From positions 72,416,001-72,480,000 of the forward strand of contig NC_083232.1 of the NCBI RefSeq assembly GCF_032191835.1: DNA of 64,000 bases, read 5' to 3'. The stretch's first letter is position 1. Every line of letters starts with the position of its first letter. Both the position numbers and the translations under genes were made by a program. The notes under the pieces are model-generated. The model saw only the letters and a program-made list of their open reading frames with translations, did not search any database and was not told the DNA's origin. Shown here piece by piece: positions 1 through 13,200 of this stretch. The DNA comes from Heteronotia binoei. Taxonomy: Eukaryota.

Positions 1-340
1 CCTGCCAACTGAAAATGCCTTCAGTAACTTAACTACTCTAAAGGGATAACAACAGGAGGTGCTGATGTCAAGATTTGCCCTAAAGCATTTTTTGAAAATA
101 AAAAAGGACAAGAATATTTCCAAAAGCTGACAAATCAAACCTCATTGTGGGTTGGATCACACAAATCTGTTCTACTAGCAAAGGTGCTTTCATCTAGCAG
201 CAAGAGTCCTCCCCCTCTGGCAACATTTTGGAGGAATGTGAACAGATCCACAGGGTGGAACCCCATAGACAACTGCATGCTACTACCGCCAAGTGTTTTT
301 AGAAAGTGGGCTGGGTCAGATGGGGCTTCTGCACTTGAGA

Positions 341-512
341 TAAGAACATAAGAGAAGCCATGTCAGATCAGGCCAATGGCCCATCCAGTTCAACACTCTG
401 TGTCACACAATGGCCGAAAAAACCAGGCGCCATCATGAGGTCCATCAGTGGGGTCAGGACACTAGAAGCACTCCCACTGTGTCCTCCAAGCACCAAGACT
501 ACAGAGCATCAC
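341..512 (-). mobile_element. CR1 LINE 3' end fragment
   Basis: TAAGAACATAAGAGAAGCCATG is the reverse complement of a TCTTATGTTCTTA tail. Homologous to 56890-57115 and 59309-59473. Confidence 0.75.
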
Positions 513-2920
513 TGTGGTTAATAGTCACTGATGGACCTTTGCTCCATATGTTTATCCAATCCCCTCTTGAGATGTGGTATGCTATGCAGATTTTAAAACA
601 AAAACATTGTTTTGACATCAGCTGCCATCACAGCACAAGGATCTTTGCTTTGTTGATGCAAGAAAATGTTTTAAAATAATAGGTTCATTTCTAAAAGGCA
701 TCCTGTTGAACATATGAAGCTGCCTTATACTGAATCAGACCCTCAGTCCATCAAAGTGGATTGGTTAACAATGGAGAGGAAAAAGAAATATGCAAGAGAT
801 ATCTCTGGACATGGCTCCCCTTCTAACACTGCAAAACAGCCTCCTCCTTTTGAAAGATCCAGTAAGTGTATCTTCGGTGTCTATTCTTCCAGTCATTAAT
901 AACATTCCAAGGTTTCTGAAGTTTTGGCATCTGAGCCTGAAACTTTAAGGACTACTGCTCGGGTAAACCTTGTCTCCTTTGAGTTAAGAACGATATGCGA
1001 TTATAGCTGAGCTTCTCCACATTCATACAATGCATACGGCCACTCCTATGAAGTAGATCTCTGTCAACATGCATTGTCAAGAGCTAACAATAGATTACTT
1101 TTCAAAGCAGAAGATGTATTTGAAATATTTGCAGTTACATAGGTGAATAAGAAGCCTCTGAACTGCTGATTCGTTTTTTTGCTGGCCTCCTCCTCCTTAT
1201 AACTCTTCCACTTGTGAATGAGCTCACTTCTTTCCAAGTGATCACAAGTACAAGGGAAGAAGCAAAAAATCTGACACTGTGGGCTACTCCTTGTTTTCTG
1301 TTTAACTGGATTTTTCAGGCAGTTGCTTCAAATCTCCACCCTTTGGAATGAGTCAAATCAGTTACACACCACAGATAATCACATGGCATAAGCAAAAATA
1401 AAGCACAGTTCAGGACTGTTTGGGGGAAAAGATTAATACAGCAAACTAGATGTTTGTTCAAGAGACAAGCTCCTGCTTCACTTGAGGTAGAAGAACTACA
1501 GAAAAATATGAAAAAGACGCCTCCAGAACATTGTTTGGAAGGACAATGAACAAAATGAAAAAAAAAAATTCCTGTCCCAATTCACATTTTTGGAACTCAA
1601 AATGGAACCTGTTCAGCACAGTAAATCCAGTAAACTGCTAAGATCAACAGAGTGTTCTGCTTCCAGCTTTCAGAAATATTATAAAAGAGCATCTCAAGAG
1701 GTTTAAACCAATCGGCTATTTTCTAGTAGGAACCTATTAGTTATCATCTATGTCAAACGTCTGTATTGAAAATATTTCTTTTAAAAGGTGGATTGGATCC
1801 TGCATATTCATTCTGTTGGCAGAGGCACTGTCCTTGGACATAATGAGCCTTCACCAATTCAAGAAGGGCTTTGGCACCGCCACTAGCATAGCAGATCCCA
1901 CCATATCCAACTCAGTAGGTATTTCTGAATTTCTTCCAGTTTTATCCTTATACACAAAATGAGTGTTAACAAACATAGCTCAAATTTTGTGTGCTGCTGT
2001 ATGCACCTGCTGAGCAGGTAATTTGAAAATGCAAAGACAGACAGCAATGATAATACACGCAATAAAAGCGCTCTGCATTTTTAAACAGCACTTCTTCAGA
2101 TTACACATTGTTTCCTTATCACCTTCATCTAAGCACATAAAGAATACTGATGGGCTAGACTTTTCTGCAAACAGCTCTTTCCTTCATGGAGTATGAATAA
2201 GAGGATCAAACTGTGCAAAACATTTGGCGCATTAAAAGAGAACAGGTGGAATTAAATTAACTCCAGTCATTCATGAAGTAAATCGTCACTTGTTTTGTTC
2301 GTTTTGATGAAGATGATTTCTTTCCTCTTTGCCTAAACAAGCAAAATATTAAGCAGACTGATCACACACAAGGTGTACATGTGGCCTGCTCAAGGGATTT
2401 GTCAAGTATCAATATTTCTCAATCACCAGTCTTTTGTTGTTAAATCAAAAGTTGCTTTATTGTAGAAACTCAGAAGCTTTACCAAGGACAGAATCCTTGG
2501 AAGTAATGATGTATACATGGTTACATAGTTACTATATAGGATTACTTCAAAGGATATATACAGATGCAATCTGAGTCACAGGTTAAAAGGTTACTACATA
2601 GTGTCTCTTTTATTACTAAGGAATTTAGGCTATTAAAAACATCTCCCTTTCTCACACTTCTCTGAGACCTGATAAGAACTGTCTGTGTGAATCTGGGGGA
2701 GAGGCACCTCACAGCTTTACCAGCCAGGCTGTAGCGTAAACATCCTTGGGCTACATAGATTTACTGCTTGCCCAACCGTTGTAAAAAGGAGGGGGGCGGT
2801 GGATACTATTGGCCTGCTCTCTGTCTAAGAAACCATCATGGCACTTAGAAATATGCATGCTTGATAGTGTTCCATATGCAGGAGTATAGGTGATCCAAAG
2901 ATTCACTTCCATACTTCATA

Positions 2921-3143
2921 GCAAGTGTGGTGGTGGAAAGTGTTGACAAGTCACAGATGACTTACGGCAACCCCTGGAGGGGTTTACAAGGCAAGAGAGG
3001 TTCAGAGGTAGTTTGCTGTTGCCTGCCTCCATGTCATGACCCTGGGTATTCCTTGGAGGTCTCCCATCCAAATACTAGCCAGGGCTGACTCTGTTTAGCT
3101 TCTGAGACCTGACAAGCTCTGCTAGTCTGTGCTATCCAGGCCA
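2921..3143 (-). mobile_element. 5S rRNA-derived SINE with Sauria/Bov-B-like tail
   Basis: GGAGGTCTCCCATCCAAATACTAGCCAGGGC...GCTTCTGAGA is a diverged reverse complement of the 5S internal region, followed by a GACTTACGGCAACCC-type tail. A more degraded copy lies at ~8120-8335. Confidence 0.68.
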
Positions 3144-3300
3144 GGAATAACATAGCATGTACCATTTACATTTTGTTTATTTACAAGATTTTTACCCCAC
3201 CATAAGGCCATCAAGGCAGCTAAATTAAAAAATACAAATTAAAATAGTATCTTAAAATCCATTAAAATCAACGCACAAATACATCATTAAAACAACAGAT

Positions 3301-3490
3301 CCAAGTTTGAGTCCAGTGGCACCTTTAAGACCAACAAAGCTTTGTTCAAGGTATAAGTTTTCCATGTGCAAGCACATTTCCTCAGACACACGAAAGCTTA
3401 TACTTTGAATACAACTAAGGCCTTAAAGGTGCCACTGGACTCAAACTTGGTTCTGCTGCTTCACACCAACATGGCTACCCACTTCAGTCT
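3301..3490 (+). mobile_element. Penelope-like fold-back fragment with degenerate hammerhead core
   Basis: Inverted arms 3301-3362 and 3392-3450 plus a 3' tail. The minus strand reads CTGAGGA-A-ATGTG-CTTG-CACAT-G-GAAA. Confidence 0.6.
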
Positions 3491-3788
3491 ATCAACATTA
3501 AAACAAATTAAAAACAAAACTAGTACAAAAGATAAAAACTGGAGAGGAATGTGGGATCACTGAGGGAATGTCAAGTGAAACAAAAAAGTCTTCACCTGTT
3601 GGCCAGAGATAGTGACAGAAGGGACAGGCAGATCTCCCTGGGGAGTGAAATTCAGAGTTTTGGTGCAACTACAACAGTTCTTGGGGAACTGTGTTAACAG
3701 ATCTGATGACAACACCAAATCAAAGGATAAACTGCAAATAAAGGAAGCAAAGACTCCACACCTTTTATTGTAATGTGCCTTTAGGAAA

Positions 3789-3925
3789 ATCCAAGTGGGC
3801 AGCTATGTTGAACTGAAGCAGCAGAATACATTTTGAGTGCAGTAGCACCTTTAAGGCTAACCAAGTTTTATTCAAGCTGAGAGTTTTTGTGTGCATGCAC
3901 ACTACCTCAGACACACTGGAATGGA
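3789..3925 (-). mobile_element. Penelope-like 3' fragment (same family as 3301-3490)
   Basis: Reverse complement of the tail and arm of 3301-3490. Hammerhead-like core is mutated (CTGAGGT...GTGTGCATGCACAC...AAAA). Confidence 0.55.
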
Positions 3926-6900
3926 GGTGTCTGCCTTTATAAAGACGGTTTTTACTTTTGCTTGATGGGATTTCTTGCATGAATGAAACCTCCCCCAGTC
4001 ATGTAAGTTTATATCTTTGTCTGCAGATTTTTTTTTTTAGTATAAAGTGTCAGTACATTGCTCAGATTCAAACTTACAGGAAGGAAGCAGATTTCCTCAT
4101 CCCGTTTGCATTTATAGATTGCCAAGTTATCAGTCTGATGAACTCTGGCTACAAGTCTTAAACACACAGACACACAAATACACACACTCTCATTTTGCTG
4201 AAATGTAGGCTAGAACAGGAATGACGCACAGACGTCCACAGTAAAGAACCGGGACACAAGAAATACAAACATGCGCTACACTGCAGATATATGACTTCTG
4301 AAAAGATATAAAAACAAAGCAACATTTGTGTATACCTTGCTTTTCACCCCAGTGGGGATCCAAAGGGTCTTACAACATTCTCCCCTTCTCTGTTCCATCC
4401 TCACAACAACCCTCTGACGTAAGTGAGATGAAGAGCATGTGACTGGACCAAAATCACACAGCAAACTTCCATGGCACAGCTGTGATTCTAACCTGGGTCT
4501 TCTGGACCACTGTCTGCCACCCTAACCACTAAACCATGCTGGCTCTCTCAAGACAGAAGAATTTCACACCTCAAAATACCAAAGCATCCTAAACTATATT
4601 CAATTACTGAGCCTTGGTTGAAGCACAATGTACCCAGAGCTTAGCTATTTGTTGTGGGTTAACAAGTATGTTTGTATAACACTTAAATATGTGTTAAACT
4701 TAAAACACTTTGGTAAAAGAGTCACACCCTCCCACCTCTCAAAAGGCTTATTTATATACTGCATTGTTAGCCTGCCCTTCCTCCAAAGAGGTTATGTCAA
4801 CTTAATGGTTCTCTCTACACAATAACCCTGAGAGGTAGGATAGGCCAAGAAAGAATGACTGGTCACCCAAGCAGCTTCATGGTCTGCTATGGGTTTTCCT
4901 AGCCTCAGTCCAGCTGCTAACTATACCATCATGCTGCCTTACTACTATTAATAAGCAAATACATTTTTGGAGTTGAACTGTTACTGTCATGTATGTTTTC
5001 CTTCTAAGGAATGCATTATTTAAGGCATTATAACAACTAAGAAATGGGATATTAGGGAAATTCAGTGTGTCCAAGTGAGTTTTCATGATACCATATAACT
5101 ATCATTTAAGAACTTGAGGAATTTCTCTGTTCTTTAGTAGGAGAAGGAACCTGTGCCTACGTACAAGATCTGCTGTTCATTGATAATCAGGAAAAAAAAT
5201 TATTTGAGACAGGCTATGCTTTTGGCTTTGTTTCTTTTAAAAATATATCTTGAGACCTATCCTAATGGGGCACCAGATTTTTTTCTGAATCACCCAGAGA
5301 TCAGTCAGGTAACACATAAATATCACTTGAAAGAAGGATAACTTATGTTGTTTCTCTAAATGCACTAGGAAGAAAACTGGAGGGGGGAGTGTTACAAAAC
5401 AATCAACCAGATTGAAGATGCAACAGAACCCAGAGGAATGCAAGCTAAAAAAGTTATGTGTCCAACGTCTGAACCCACACTCCCCTCCCCACTATGCTGA
5501 TGTACTTGAATGTTGGGTGCACGTAGTTGTGCAGCAAACCGTTCCCAGCCACAAAATACTATTAAGACAGAAACTCCATTCATCTCGAGGACAGTTCAAA
5601 GAACTTAATATGAAGCTGGCTGGATGCCAGCACATGCTTTCCTGTTTGCAATTTCTTTCAGCCAACAGGTCTTTGAAAATGTGCTCATCAGAGCTTCTAA
5701 CTATAGGAAGGAAACGTCTACAACAGTAAAGCTTAATTTATCCATGTTCTTACATAGAAAAATACAAATTTGTTATTATTTCCACAGGCTGCCAAACTTC
5801 ATGCTACTTTGGCAGTCCACAACAATCTTTCTTGAAGTTTCTTGAAAACTAGGTTGCTGGACATGGGAAGGTTTAACTATTACCCCATCCGTCCTATTCT
5901 CTTTCACTGAAACCTCACCCCTCCCCAGGGCTGCAACTGTCCCAGTGTAGAAGGATTCCTCCCCCCACCTCAGTCTTTGCTCACTGTCTTTCCCTACTGA
6001 AGTTAACTGCAACCTGGAGGTCTTGTTTCAATGGGGGAAGTGGTACCAGAAGGAAGAGTTAAACCTCCCTTGAATACAGCCACAGCCCCATTCTGAATTG
6101 GACCTCGTGACTGCATATTAGAATTTTAAAAGCCACACTAGGAAATCCAGTCAGGGATCTCCAACGTAATCTATAGCCTCATTCAGAGCAATCGAGATCC
6201 ATAATATTCAGAGCACTAAGTCAGGAGAAGAGTAGCAGAAAAGAATGTTATTGTTAGCCCTGTTAGTCAACAAGCCAGGCAACTGAAATGCAGAAAGATC
6301 AATGAACTTAATTTGTTCTACATAAAACTATATTCTCATTCTGTTTCTTTCTTCCTCCCGCTCCGTGCCCCAGTCATATGTACAAATAAAGACATTTATG
6401 GTATCCTATTTATATCCCAAAATTCCTATCATAAAAAGTACACAGTCGCATTATAAAGCATGAAGAACTAAGATGCTGTTTTAAGAGATTACTTGTCCAA
6501 CTCTTTCTGAGGTAAAAGTTACAGTGTAGTCAGTTTTACCACAGAATACATTTTAGATATTAAAAAGGCATCTCTAAATTATATAGTTGTAAAAAAAGAA
6601 AGGGGTATCCACAAATGGCACAGTTGTAATTTAACTGAGAAATAGATAAGCATTTTTAAGGACATGGGAACTTCTATGCCTCAAAGATAGTTATATCAAT
6701 AGGCCCTCTGTACCCTCACTTGTTCCACCATAGACTAAATGAGGCATAAGTCCTATTATAGAGCTCCATGAGATCATGCTGTTAATTAGTACAGCATAAA
6801 GCACATGCACCACAAAGCAAACAATGGTAATAGAGGAACAGAATGCCCTAAAAGCACATTGTGCATTTCTGTTGCTGACTCTAATTTGGTCTGGCGTACG

Positions 6901-7694
6901 CAGCTCCCTCGGAACTATGACAGTGCTATCCTAATCTAAGTACACTCTTTTAAGTTGACTGATTCAGTGATTTAGAAGGGGGCAATTTTGCTTAGGATGG
7001 CACTGCAAGTTGCTTTGACTTTTCTGGAAGATAATGGAATAAGATGAATAACTTGCAAAGAATCTTTATTTATGATTTTATTTAACACAGTTCTCTTTTT
7101 CAGTGCAGTTCCAAGCAAAATTACACCTTTCAACATTGAATGAAGTCAGTGGGCTTAAAAGGATGTCTGCCTTTCATCAACTAAAAAGTCGCTTAGCAAT
7201 CACAATGGAGGAGTAACAGAGCTGGAGCTGAAGACATGCCAACATTAAGCTGACATGAGCATGCACTTGAGCTGATGCTGAATTTAGGCCCAGATCTTGC
7301 TCCTCCCCCTTATTTAACATATGCAGAATTTCAATTAAAGACTAACTAGCTAAGCATGATGTATGAAGGGAGGTGCACGGATAACTGAAGTTAGCATCTC
7401 CACTCCAAACTGTAATTTTAATGAAGATTTATAGACCTGGGTTGGGCGGCAGTCAGGGGAGGGGGGGTGGAGATGAAGCCCACTTAATTCATACATTCGT
7501 ACATTACAGGTAAATAGACCAGGTTTCTCCAGTGACAATGGGAAAGAGGGAGGGTCATATGACACATGCCTGTTTACAGCAGCAACACTAGTTGGAACAA
7601 AATGTTGATTTAAGGTGACATAGGAATGCAGCCGGAGACAGAAAAAGATTGTATGACATCATTTTGGCATCTCAACTACACTTGTTGGCAAAAC

Positions 7695-7876
7695 CAGGGC
7701 TTTGTTTGTAGCAGGAACTCCATTGCATATTAGGCCACACCTTCCTGATGTAGCCAATCCTCCAAGAGTTTACAGGGCTCTTAGTACAGGGCCTATTGTA
7801 AGCTCCAGGATGATTGGCTACATCAGGGGTGTGTGGCCTAATATGCAAATGAGTTCTTGCTACAAAAAAAGCCCTG
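7695..7876. mobile_element. Palindromic hAT-type MITE (182 bp)
   Basis: Near-perfect hairpin over the whole length and a perfect 8-bp TSD GGCAAAAC. Confidence 0.88.
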
Positions 7877-8563
7877 GGCAAAACAACGCACATAGTTCAT
7901 AATCACTGGAGATCAGTGAGTGGGGGTGAGCAATCTAAAGCAGTGGCCCCCAACCTTTTTGACCCCAGGGACCGGCTACTTGCATACAAATTCTATGAAC
8001 AGCCAACTTGTTTGCATAAAATATGGCACTAATTTTTTCATGTGCAATCTTTTTATTTGTATTTTTAAAATATGTCCATGTGTGTGGGTATGCATGTGTG
8101 TATGCGTACACCTGAAAGACATGTTGACTTCTGGTGACTGTAGGGAGGTGGCTGAGTAAAGTCTGCCCCTGCCTCTGGTATTCCAGGGAGGTCTCCCTTC
8201 CACGTAATTGCCAGAGTCGACCTTGCTTAGCTTCTTTGATCTGACAATTATTTATGATGAAATCTCCCACGCAAATGTTATCTGGAGCTCCTTTCAGTAT
8301 TACAAGGAATAGGGCTTGCCTGGGCTATCCAGGCAACTGCAATCCTAAGAGGAGTTACTCCCTTGAAGTCAATGGGCTCAGCAGGGTGTAACTTTACTTC
8401 AAGTTGCACTGTAAGGGCTGGCGGTTTATACTTTCCTTCTGTTATGCCTTTGAGATAAGGGCACTTAATCCAAACTTTTAGTCATGACAACAGGATTTTC
8501 CCTCCAAGTCTTTCCTTCACAATGGTAACAAAATACCCACAGCCCCATAATTCTGCAAGTTAC

Positions 8564-8675
8564 CTTTCCACATCTCAGAAGTTATGTGAGGGGCCACTGG
8601 GGCAAGCATAATACAGAGAGTTGCCAAGGCATCTTCAAATTCCACACTGTGGAGAATAAGCCGCGGGGAGACTTG
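8564..8675 (-). CDS. LARS2: LARS2 coding exon (~exon 20), 112 bp
   Basis: TACAG|CAA...AAAG|GTAACT. Encodes [37 protein letters not shown](G) (APxAPHxxxExW motif). Phase 0-1. The next exon was not found in 1-8563. Confidence 0.95.
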
Positions 8676-9687
8676 CTGTAACAAAGAAGAATGGGCTTTG
8701 TGAATATCTTACTATTGAATAAGGTGAATGAAAAACAAAGATCAAAAATTAAAAAAAAATCAAGAGCTGTACTCTGCAGCAGTGAAAAGCAGATCCCACA
8801 TTAATACAGGGAGATGTTTAAGGCAGTCCGAATTTTCTGTCTGCAGGACATCAAGATGAATAGGAGCTGGTTATACACACAAACACATGCACACACCCAC
8901 TAGGAAACATAGAAGATTTAGGTTGTCAATGGATACTGCTGACCATTTGGCCTTGACAAAGGAAATGGCACCGGCAAGCCATGGGGCTCTGTGAAGTCCT
9001 CAGAAAAGTCCTCCTGCACATAAAAGTCTATAGGATTAGGGGCCTGAAACTGGAATTCACTGCTTAGTACTATCTTAATTTATAATTCCTCTTGCAAATG
9101 CAAGAGATAAGTGGGACAAGATGGATAACCCTGGCCTGTGTTTTGTTTGGATACACTGTCAGCATTCCATCTCTGCTTTCGATAAAGTCGAGTAACCCAA
9201 TCACTTTCAGAAAAGATGAAGTATTGAAGCTGGGGAAGGGAAGGAATTCTCCAAGGTCCAAGAATGATTAGCTTTTGGCATACAAAGAACCCTTATCTAA
9301 TCCTGTCACCACAGTTTGTTTCCTAGGACATAATAATATCACAGCCACACATAATACACGGAGGCAACTGCTTTGCTTTAGAGCACGGGTGTCAAACTCA
9401 TTTGTTATGAGGGACAGATTTGACATAAATGAGACCTTATCAGGCCGGGCCATATGTATCATAAAATGTAATGCCAGGTAGTGGACATATAAACTTTATA
9501 AAGGACACAAACACAATTAAAGATTTTTTTAACTTAAAATAAAACATGCTTAAAATATTAGCATGCTTGCAATATTCTGTTTTACAGTCTCTGATAAATG
9601 TCACCTCTTCCTATGAATTATTGCACCAAAAATGCAGACAATGTTTGTGCTGTACCAGTCTTGAATGTGTGCTGTTCAGGTGTACAC

Positions 9688-10292
9688 TGTCACGAGCTGG
9701 GGCTGAGTCAGGCAAAGTCCAGGGGCGGTCCAAGGTCGGCAACTCGTGAGCAAGGAGGGTCCAAGGCGCCAAAACAGAATCGTAATCCAGGTATCACAGG
9801 TCAGAGGTTCAGAAGCCGAAGTCAGGGGGTCCAGAGGTCCAAGCCAAAGTCAGGAATCCAAAAGCCAAAGTCAAGAGCCGGAGTGGATGCTAGGATGTCA
9901 GGTATGTGACTAGTTGCTTCCACAAAGCCTCCTCCCAAAGCCCACAACTATATAGCCCTCTGCTGCCTGTTGCTCATTTGGGCTAATTGCTGTCTCAGAG
10001 CAGCAGCCAGGATCCTGCCGAAACTTAAGCATCCTCACACTTAGAAGGGCCAGAATCCTTTCACCAATCAGGGCTCAGGGAGCGTCTTGCTTGTGAGCGT
10101 GCCGCCCTCCTCCGATCCCTGAGGTCCTGACGGAGGCGGTCACGCACACGAGCCACCCGAGAGGGCGAGGCAGGGGGGCTTGGATCTTCTTCAGCAGGAG
10201 GCAGGGGCACTGGTGCAGGTGGCAGAGGCACAGTTGCTTCTGCAGGCTCTGCAGGCTCGGTTTCTTCTGCAGGGTCCCCAGCACCCATGACA
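9688..10292 (-). repeat. 3' LTR (605 bp)
   Basis: Immediately follows the PPT on the minus strand. 604/605 identical to the 5' LTR. Confidence 0.97.
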
Positions 10293-13200
10293 CTATCCCC
10301 CCCCCCAGGGCCTCCCTCCGTCGAGGGGCCTGGGAGGTCGGGGTGGTCGCTGTGGAATTGTTGCACCAAGTCCGGGGCATGAAGATTGTCCACAGGTTCC
10401 CAGGACCGGTCTTCCGGGCCGTATCCCTCCCAGTCCACAAGGTACTGGAGGCCTCCACGATGGTACCGGGAGTCCAGAATCTGGCGCACCTCATATTCTT
10501 CCTCGTCATCCACCAACACCGGTGGTGGCGGCGGTGGGGAAGGAGGCCGAGCTGGGTCAGGGGGTGCAGCTGGAACAAGGAGGGAGCGATGGAACACAGG
10601 GTGAATGCGGAGGTGGGGTGGCAACTGGAGCCTGAAGGCGACGGGGTTTATTTGTTCTACGACGGGGTACGGTCCAATGAACCGTGCATCCAGCTTGTGA
10701 GACCGACCAGGCCGGCGCAGGTAGCGAGTTGAGAGCCACACCTGATCCCCCGGCTGCACTGGAGGACCTTCTTGCCTCTTTCGGTCCGCAGCCCGTTTAT
10801 ATGCCTCCTTGGCCTGATGTAGCTGCTCTCGGAGCAAGTCTTGGCTGGCGCGGAGTTCTTGCAGGTAGGCATCGACGGCGGGGACATTCGTGGGTGGTAG
10901 GATTGCCGGGAAGAACCGAGGGTGGTACCCGTAGGTTGCAGCAAACGGGGTCATTTGGGTGGATGAATGGACCGCGTTGTTGTATGCAAACTCCGCTAGG
11001 GGCAATAGAGTGGTCCAGTCATCCTGCTGGTAACAGGTGTAACAGCGGAGATATTGCTCTAGCGTGGCATTGGTGCGCTCTGTCTGGCCATCTGTCTGTG
11101 GGTGGTAGGCTGAGGACAGGTGCACTCGAGTACCCAGGCTGGAATGGAGGGCTTGCCAGAACCGAGAGGAGAACTGAGGGCCCCGATCGGAGATCAGATG
11201 GGCTGGGAGTCCGTGCAGACGAAAGATGTGTTGCAGGTAAAGCTGGGCCGTCTCCTGAGCTGTGGGAAGTTTCGGGCACGGAACAAAGTGGGCCATCTTG
11301 GTAAATAGGTCGACGACCACCCAGATACAAGTCTGACCCTTGGAGCGCGGAAGTTCCGTGATGAAGTCCATCGAGATGGTCTCCCAGGGTCCTGAAGATG
11401 TGGGCAAGGGCTGTAGCAACCCTGAGGGTTTGGCTGGGATGTCTTTGGCCCGTCGGCAGACGTCACAGGAGCTGACATAACGGGCAACATCAGCGTGAAC
11501 TCGTGGCCACCAGAATTCCCTTGTCAGCAAGTGGGTGGTCTTATGCTGTCCAAAGTGCCCGGCGGGTAACGAGTCGTGGGTCAGGCGTAGCACTTCTGCC
11601 CGCAAGGGCCCGGGCGGCACATAGAGGCGTTCGCGGTGTAGCAAGAGGCTGCCTCGAGTCGTGAACTCGCCTGTTGGGTCATCTTGGAGAGCCTGGAGGT
11701 GTTGCTGGACCCAGGGATCATTGGCCTGGCTAGCCCGAATGTCCTCCACGAGTGCTGGTGAAGTGGAGGTGGCTGCAAATACTGAGGGCGGCAGGATTGG
11801 AGCAGCGGGCGTGGTCTCAGTTGAGGCAGGGGCGTATTCCGGTTTCCGGGAGAGCGCGTCTGCTTTCCGGTTCTGGGTATGGGGGATGTAGGAGATCCGG
11901 AAGTCGAAGCGAGAGAAGAATAGGGACCACCGGATCTGGCGCTGGTTGAGACGGCGGGTGGTCTGGAGGTGTTCCAAGTTCCGGTGATCGGTGAGCACTT
12001 GAACAGGGTGGCGAGCCCCTTCGAGGTAATGTCGCCAAACCTCAAACGCCGCCTTGATCGCGAGCAACTCCCTCTCCCAGATGGTATAGTTCCTCTCTGC
12101 AGCAGTGAGCTGGCGCGAGTAATAGGCGCAGGGCTGGAGTGGCTGGGACGGCTCCTCGCGCTGGGACAGCACTGCTCCCAGGGCCACGTTGGAGGCATCA
12201 GCTTCCACCGTAAAGGGAAGCTGGGAGTCAGGGTATCTCAGGAGTGGCCCGGTGGCAAAGCGAGTCTTCAGGGTGGAGAAGGCGTTATCGGCCTCTGGGG
12301 ACCAGCGGAAGGGTTCTTTGGGGCGGAGTAGTTGAGTCAGGGGTGTGGTCAGGGATGCGTAGGCCGGGATGAATTGCCGATAGTAGTTGGCAAAACCAAG
12401 GAACCGCTGCAGGTCTTTGCGATTCTGAGGAGCCTGCCAGGTCAGGACCGCTTCTACTTTTTTCGGGTCCATGAGGATCCCCTGCGGTGACACAATGTGC
12501 CCAAGGAACTCAACGGAGCGCAGGTCGAAGTCGCACTTCTCCAGCTTGGCGTAGAGGCCATGGGCTCGTAGGCGCTGCAGGACCTGGCGGACGTGCTCGG
12601 CATGCTGGGCAGGATTGCGGGAGTAAATTAAGATGTCATCCAGGTATATGATCGCGAAGCGGTCGAGCAGGTCCCGGAATATGTCATTCATGAACCTCTG
12701 GAAGACAGCGGGGGCATTGGTCAATCCGAAGGGCATCACCAGGTGCTCGTACTGCCCGTATCGGGTCCCAAACGCGGTCTTCCACTCGTCTCCGGGCCGT
12801 ATGCGCACCAAATTGTACGTTCCACGGAGGTCCAGCTTGGTGTAAATTTGGGCCCCCTTTAAGCGATCCAAGAGTTCAGGGATCAGTGGTAGAGGGTACC
12901 GGTCGCGGATGGTGATCTTGTTCAGGGCCCGGTAGTCATTGCACAGCCGGAGCTCCCCACTTTTCTTCTTCACGAAGAGGACTGGAGCAGACAGGGGAGA
13001 GGTTGAGGGTCGGATGAATCCGCGTTTCAGGTTCTTGTCCAGGTAGTCTCGCAGAGCTGCCAACTCAGGCTCCGACATCGGGTACAGACGCCCCACCGGG
13101 AGTGGTGCCCCAGGTACCAAATCAATGGCACAGTCATAGGGTCGGTGAGGGGGAAGCTGATCTGCTCCTGTCTCTTCAAAGACATCGGCGAAGTCCGCAT

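Noticed and set aside
1780-2130. Coding-looking stretch considered as LARS2 exon 21 or another gene
   Set aside because: No frame matches the expected LeuRS sequence (WPxVDPxYL-type), and I found no consistent splice signals. Exon 21 is presumably outside the window.
3048-3143. Possible 5S rRNA gene
   Set aside because: Diverged, incomplete and fused to a retroposon tail, so it is a SINE head rather than a gene.
9688-9909. Lys/Arg-rich antisense ORF across LTR U5/R (also 14627-14848 and in the solo LTR)
   Set aside because: It has no start codon of its own near the 5' end, that strand is T-poor so stops are rare, and a 1-nt indel in the solo LTR shifts the frame near its end.
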